Notes under the pieces: model-generated
Database searches by the model: none
Seen by the model: only the letters and a program-made list of their open reading frames with translations
What the model was told of the DNA's origin: nothing
Shown here: piece by piece, positions 14,585 through 17,779 of the stretch
Layout of the letters: each line of letters opens with the position of its first letter
How positions within the stretch are numbered: position 1 is the first letter of the stretch
Position numbers and translations under genes: made by a program
NCBI GenBank assembly: GCA_030820665.1
Contig: GCA_030820665.1_4852.1
Length of the DNA stretch: 17,779 nt
Strand: one strand, 5' to 3'
Source of the DNA: a phage

Positions 14585-15658
14585 ATGGAAAAGATTATTT
14601 TTACCAAAGACTTGGTAGCCAACTCCGCAGTGGTGGCTGACCAGTGGAAACATCTCACCATCGACCGCAAGGTGTTCTGCAATGCAGAAGCTGAACTGGC
14701 GAAAACATACGGTGTTAACGCCACCGCGCTGGTAACGAAAGATTACTGGCGCGACGTGGATAACGTCACCACCCGTGTTTTCCGCAACGAAGCTGGCCAG
14801 GACATGATGGCTGACCTGATGGGTATCGCGGCAAACATTAACATTGGTAAGACTGTGGCAATCAGCCGCATTGCTTCCGATGCTGGCAAGGTAGTCCGCA
14901 CTCTGTCTGGTCAGGAGCCGGAAGACTTGGATAAAACTCGCTACGATTACACTGGCGACGTGATTCCAATCTTCAAAACTGGCTACAGCCGCGAATGGCG
15001 CGAACTGCTGGGTATGCAGTCTGAAGGTTTTGACCCCCTGCTGGACGATCAGGCTAACGTCACCTTTAACCTACGTTCCGACATGGCGCAGTATCTGCTG
15101 ACCGGCGACCAGACTCTGAACGTGAACGGCGTTTACACTGGCTACGGTATCACCAACCACCCGAACACCATTCAGGTCGACCTGAACGTTTCCAATGGCA
15201 GCCTGAAGATCGACCTGCAAACCGCAACGCCAGATGAAATCGTGAAATTCTTCAATCAGGATTTCCAGGCTATTCTGGATGCGCAGAACGTATTTGAGCA
15301 GGTGACTCTGTGGGTTTCCCCGGCAGTGCGTCGCAGTTTCATGCGTCCGTATTCTGATGCGGCTGGCTTCAAAGGCGGCACGGTTGAGCAGTACATCACG
15401 CAGTTCGGTAATGGTCGCATTGGTAAGATTGGCACCAACTTCCTGCTGACTGGCAACCATTTCGTTGGTTACGTTCGCAACGACATGTACATCCGTCCGC
15501 GTGTTGCTCAGCCTGTCTCCACCTATGCGGCAGCTCGCACCAACCCGCACGATAACTTTAACTTCCTCGTATGGTCTGCTTTCGGTCTGCAGATTCGCAA
15601 GGATGCCGCTGGAAAAAGCCGCGTCTTTAATTGCTATGGTAGCCAGAAAGCTAAATAA
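14585..15658 (+). CDS. Major capsid protein (putative)
   Basis: 357-aa ORF with a strong AAGGAG SD, last gene of the scaffold-decoration-capsid block, followed by a strong terminator. Confidence 0.65.
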   Translation: MEKIIFTKDLVANSAVVADQWKHLTIDRKVFCNAEAELAKTYGVNATALVTKDYWRDVDNVTTRVFRNEAGQDMMADLMGIAANINIGKTVAISRIASDAGKVVRTLSGQEPEDLDKTRYDYTGDVIPIFKTGYSREWRELLGMQSEGFDPLLDDQANVTFNLRSDMAQYLLTGDQTLNVNGVYTGYGITNHPNTIQVDLNVSNGSLKIDLQTATPDEIVKFFNQDFQAILDAQNVFEQVTLWVSPAVRRSFMRPYSDAAGFKGGTVEQYITQFGNGRIGKIGTNFLLTGNHFVGYVRNDMYIRPRVAQPVSTYAAARTNPHDNFNFLVWSAFGLQIRKDAAGKSRVFNCYGSQKAK

Positions 15659-15660
15659 TA

Positions 15661-15687
15661 AAAAAGGGGGTTTATCCCCCTTCTTTG
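15661..15687. terminator. Rho-independent bidirectional terminator
   Basis: AAAAAGGGGG-TTTAT-CCCCCTTCTTTG: GGGGG/CCCCC stem (15666-15670 / 15676-15680) with an A-run upstream and T-run downstream. The minus-strand gene's stop (15672-15674) lies in the loop. Confidence 0.8.
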
Positions 15688-16478
15688 TATCTAATTTCAC
15701 CGTAAACCATGTACTGTAACATGTAACAAAACTCCCATTCCGTCATATCTGTCCGTAGCCACTTCCTGTTCTTCTTGTAATTGTACTCCGCCAGCTCCGC
15801 TTTTAAATTGTGAAGAGCATTAACCAGTTCTGGATATACGAGGTTATTCTTAACAAACCAGTTGACAGATAAAATATGGTCAATATGCCAATTATTGCGG
15901 TCATCAAAACTCATCCATGGAAGCATGGTTGATTTTATATGCTTAATGAAATCATCCTTTGAGTACCCGAGAACATCATCTACTGTTCTATCAAGCGCAA
16001 TGTCAGATACTCTCATATCAAGCCGCTCAAGCATTTTTCTTAGGAACACGTGGTGTGGGTGCTTCTTTTGCCATTGCCTGACATTATCCAGAGCCTTTTT
16101 ATTGCCTTTCTCTGAGTAGTACCATCTGCGATAAGCTTCCCTTTTCTTTTGTAAAAACTCCTCCTTTTTCTCTGGATTCTCGTTAAGCCTTTGCATCTTC
16201 CTTTTGTTGTACTCCTGTTGTGATTGTTTTCTTTTCTTTTTGTACTCGCTGTTATCCTTGTTTTTCTGCCACTCCTTTTTTCTGTACTCACTTTCCTTGC
16301 GTTTGCGCTCCTCTGTTGTTCTCTGCTTCCTTGTTCTTTCGTATACGCAATGCTTGCATCCGCCTGATGCTGTAAAAAACACAGTTCCACCACATACAGA
16401 GCATGGAATCCATTCACACACAAATTGCTTCAGTCCAGCAACCCTTGCTTCTTGCGCGGCTTCTTTTCTTGTTTTCAT
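15672..16478 (-). CDS. Zinc-ribbon protein with Lys/Arg/Glu-rich repeat linker and a C-terminal HNH-like motif (putative nuclease)
   Basis: 268-aa minus ORF with a strong SD (AGGAGTG). N-terminal CEWIPCSVCGG...GGCKHC; central low-complexity basic region with reiterated SEYRKK/SEYKKKRK/QEYNKRK; C-terminal NNWHIDHILSVNWF...NALHNL resembling an HNH core. Confidence 0.65.
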   Translation of the reverse strand: MKTRKEAAQEARVAGLKQFVCEWIPCSVCGGTVFFTASGGCKHCVYERTRKQRTTEERKRKESEYRKKEWQKNKDNSEYKKKRKQSQQEYNKRKMQRLNENPEKKEEFLQKKREAYRRWYYSEKGNKKALDNVRQWQKKHPHHVFLRKMLERLDMRVSDIALDRTVDDVLGYSKDDFIKHIKSTMLPWMSFDDRNNWHIDHILSVNWFVKNNLVYPELVNALHNLKAELAEYNYKKNRKWLRTDMTEWEFCYMLQYMVYGEIRYKEGG

Positions 16479-16504
16479 AAAGTCACTCCTAATTTGGTTT
16501 TATA

Positions 16505-16534
16505 TTACCACGAGTGTAACTAGTGTGCTACAAT
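16505..16534 (+). promoter_or_regulatory. Candidate promoter (TTACCA, 18-nt spacer, extended -10 TGcTACAAT)
   Basis: TTACCA at 16505-16510; TG at 16526-16527 plus TACAAT at 16529-16534; about 30 nt upstream of the ATG at 16565, in a divergent intergenic region. Confidence 0.35.
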
Positions 16535-16564
16535 TAACCAGCATTAACTCATGAGGATATTTAA

Positions 16565-16762
16565 ATGGCTAAATACGAAGTGATTGCGCGAGGCATCTTT
16601 GTCAAAGAAAAAGGCAAGATTCGTGAGTTGCAGCTTGGCGAGGTGATTACCGAACCTGCTGATCATCTGATGTCAAAGCTGCGCGTTATGCCAGAACTGG
16701 AAAAATCTTTCGAAGTCGCAACCCCGCAAGAAAAGACGACAAAGAAAAAGAAAGCAGAGTAA
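16565..16762 (+). CDS. Hypothetical protein (65 aa), Lys-rich C-terminus
   Basis: ATG with GAGGA SD; followed directly by a terminator. Confidence 0.5.
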   Translation: MAKYEVIARGIFVKEKGKIRELQLGEVITEPADHLMSKLRVMPELEKSFEVATPQEKTTKKKKAE

Positions 16763-16766
16763 ACTG

Positions 16767-16790
16767 AACCCGCATAATGCGGGTTTTTTA
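16767..16790 (+). terminator. Rho-independent terminator
   Basis: CCCGCAT-A-ATGCGGG hairpin (16769-16783) followed by TTTTTT. Confidence 0.75.
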
Positions 16791-16802
16791 TTGGGGGTTT
16801 CT

Positions 16803-17621
16803 ATGGCTGTCAGGTACGAAATAAACACAACTCCGGCTGACGGAGAGGTTTTGCTTAGCGAAACCATGTCTGCGGACTGGTCAGCATTACAGGTGCAGAT
16901 TGTGCCGCTAAATTCTTCCGGTGGCTATGTGCCATTAACAAGCGGGTCTGTTTACGTAATGGTATCGCCGTTTGCGTCTGGTGATTTCTGGATTGACGTC
17001 AACAATAATAATTATTATGGCGTAGCGCTGCGGCTGAAGGTGATCAAGTCCCAAATACCTGCTGGCATTGCATCTCTGAAAGTCCTTGTATGGCGAGCAG
17101 CTACATCAGTGCCATCAAGTCAGGTTGTGGCACAGTCCTATGCAGAGTTTGCTAACAAGCAAGGGAAGTTATTCACTGCGTCGCGCAGAGTAACTGATGT
17201 CGCTGGCAGCTCAAACCTTGACAGCATATTTATCACCGGAACAAAGCAGGTGATATTCAACCAGCGCATTATTGGTTACACGGGGAAAGGTGTTGTTGCA
17301 TCAATCTATCGCGGCGCAGTTGCCACTGGCGGTACGACGGCAGAGATTAACAACCCAAACGACATAACGCCACAAGCAGCTACGGCGCAGTTAATTACTG
17401 GCGCTACCGTGACAAACATCGGGCAGCTGACGGTGGCGGCAACATACAGTGAGGGTAACGCATCGAATCAGGGGCAGGGTAACTCGCAGGCGAAGCTCGG
17501 CGAGCAGATTATCATGGCACCGAATACGACGTACTTACTTCGCATAACATCACTAGATACTGCGGCGCAGAATATCAATGCGTACGTTTCATGGTTTGAG
17601 GATGATACTTATCTGGCGTGA
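16803..17621 (+). CDS. Putative virion structural protein (273 aa, beta-rich, Thr/Ser/Gly/Ala/Asn-rich)
   Basis: ORF track 16791-17621; ATG 16803 follows GGGGG. Composition resembles a decoration, tail or fibre-type protein; no motif recognised. Confidence 0.45.
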   Translation: MAVRYEINTTPADGEVLLSETMSADWSALQVQIVPLNSSGGYVPLTSGSVYVMVSPFASGDFWIDVNNNNYYGVALRLKVIKSQIPAGIASLKVLVWRAATSVPSSQVVAQSYAEFANKQGKLFTASRRVTDVAGSSNLDSIFITGTKQVIFNQRIIGYTGKGVVASIYRGAVATGGTTAEINNPNDITPQAATAQLITGATVTNIGQLTVAATYSEGNASNQGQGNSQAKLGEQIIMAPNTTYLLRITSLDTAAQNINAYVSWFEDDTYLA

Positions 17622-17623
17622 TA

Positions 17624-17650
17624 AAAGAAAAGCCCCGCAAGTGGCTTTTT
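17624..17650. terminator. Possible weak bidirectional terminator
   Basis: AAAAGCC ... GGCTTTTT with an 8-nt loop (CCGCAAGT); short stem, so weak. Confidence 0.35.
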
Positions 17651-17654
17651 ATTG

Positions 17655-17779
17655 CTACAGACGCATAGGCATAACAACAATCTTCGCAGTCTCTCCAGAT
17701 GGCGCACTAAGACAGCAAACAGCGGCATCTGTGTTTCCATTTAGTTCAAATTTAACGCAACAGAATCTTGGGTTAAACA
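17655..17779 (-). CDS. Possible 3' end of a minus-strand gene entering from beyond the window
   Basis: Minus frame open from the window edge to TAG (complement of 17655-17657); C-terminal 40 aa FNPRFCCVKFELNGNTDAAVCCLSAPSGETAKIVVMPMRL. Too short to judge. Confidence 0.25.
   Translation of the reverse strand, partial: FNPRFCCVKFELNGNTDAAVCCLSAPSGETAKIVVMPMRL

Noticed and set aside
13161-15700. ORFs 13161-13460 (-), 13223-13420 (+), 13774-14052 (-), 14194-14409 (+), 14371-14724 (-), 14455-14640 (+), 15071-15700 (-), 15256-15456 (-) and 15465-15719 (+) within the scaffold, decoration and capsid genes
   Set aside because: Anti-sense or alternative frames of long, SD-preceded, GC-rich structural genes. 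The 209-aa ORF at 15071-15700 also runs through the terminator; 15465-15719 runs in an alternative frame through the capsid gene's 3' end and the terminator.
15862-16554. ORFs 15862-16119 (+), 16040-16423 (-) and 16204-16554 (+) overlapping the 268-aa minus-strand gene
   Set aside because: Products are Cys/Phe/Leu/Ser-rich low complexity, created by the pyrimidine-rich repeat tract; alternative frames of the preferred gene.
16673-16867. Minus-strand ORF 16673-16867
   Set aside because: Spans a terminator hairpin and the start region of the downstream plus gene; shadow ORF.
1-17779. CRISPR arrays, tRNA/rRNA genes, integrase/attachment sites and transposase/IS elements
   Set aside because: No regularly spaced direct repeats, no cloverleaf-like conserved tRNA segments, and no recombinase or transposase signatures were recognised by eye. 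A computational scan (tRNAscan-SE, CRISPR finder) would be needed to exclude them formally.

Overview
This window reads as a mosaic segment of a tailed-phage (enterobacterial-type) genome; the taxon cannot be determined from sequence alone. A plus-strand packaging and head-morphogenesis backbone runs through it: terminase large subunit, portal, MuF-like head morphogenesis protein, then scaffold-like protein, a small head protein and the major capsid protein. This backbone is interrupted several times by accessory islands: (i) five tiny translationally coupled genes between terminase and portal; (ii) a four-gene minus-strand operon of unknown function (5113-6369); (iii) a complete lysis cassette (6468-7908) with a truncated GH24-lysozyme-like ORF, an intact lambda-R-type transglycosylase, a two-TMD holin candidate and a nested Rz/Rz1-like spanin pair; (iv) a five-gene minus-strand operon carrying an HNH homing endonuclease (7943-9577); (v) a plus-strand block of small early-like genes (9677-12478) with a second HNH endonuclease, a Lar-like zinc-finger protein and a winged-helix-like protein; (vi) a minus-strand zinc-ribbon / lysine-rich / HNH-like gene directly behind the capsid gene (15672-16478). 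Most modules are bounded by hairpin-plus-T-run terminators. No rRNA, tRNA or CRISPR array was recognised. All functional calls rest on motif recognition and recalled family knowledge, not on database searches. The three unassigned islands (1662-2626, 5113-6369, 7943-9577) and the 15672-16478 gene are the best candidates for an undescribed accessory (defence or anti-defence) function.
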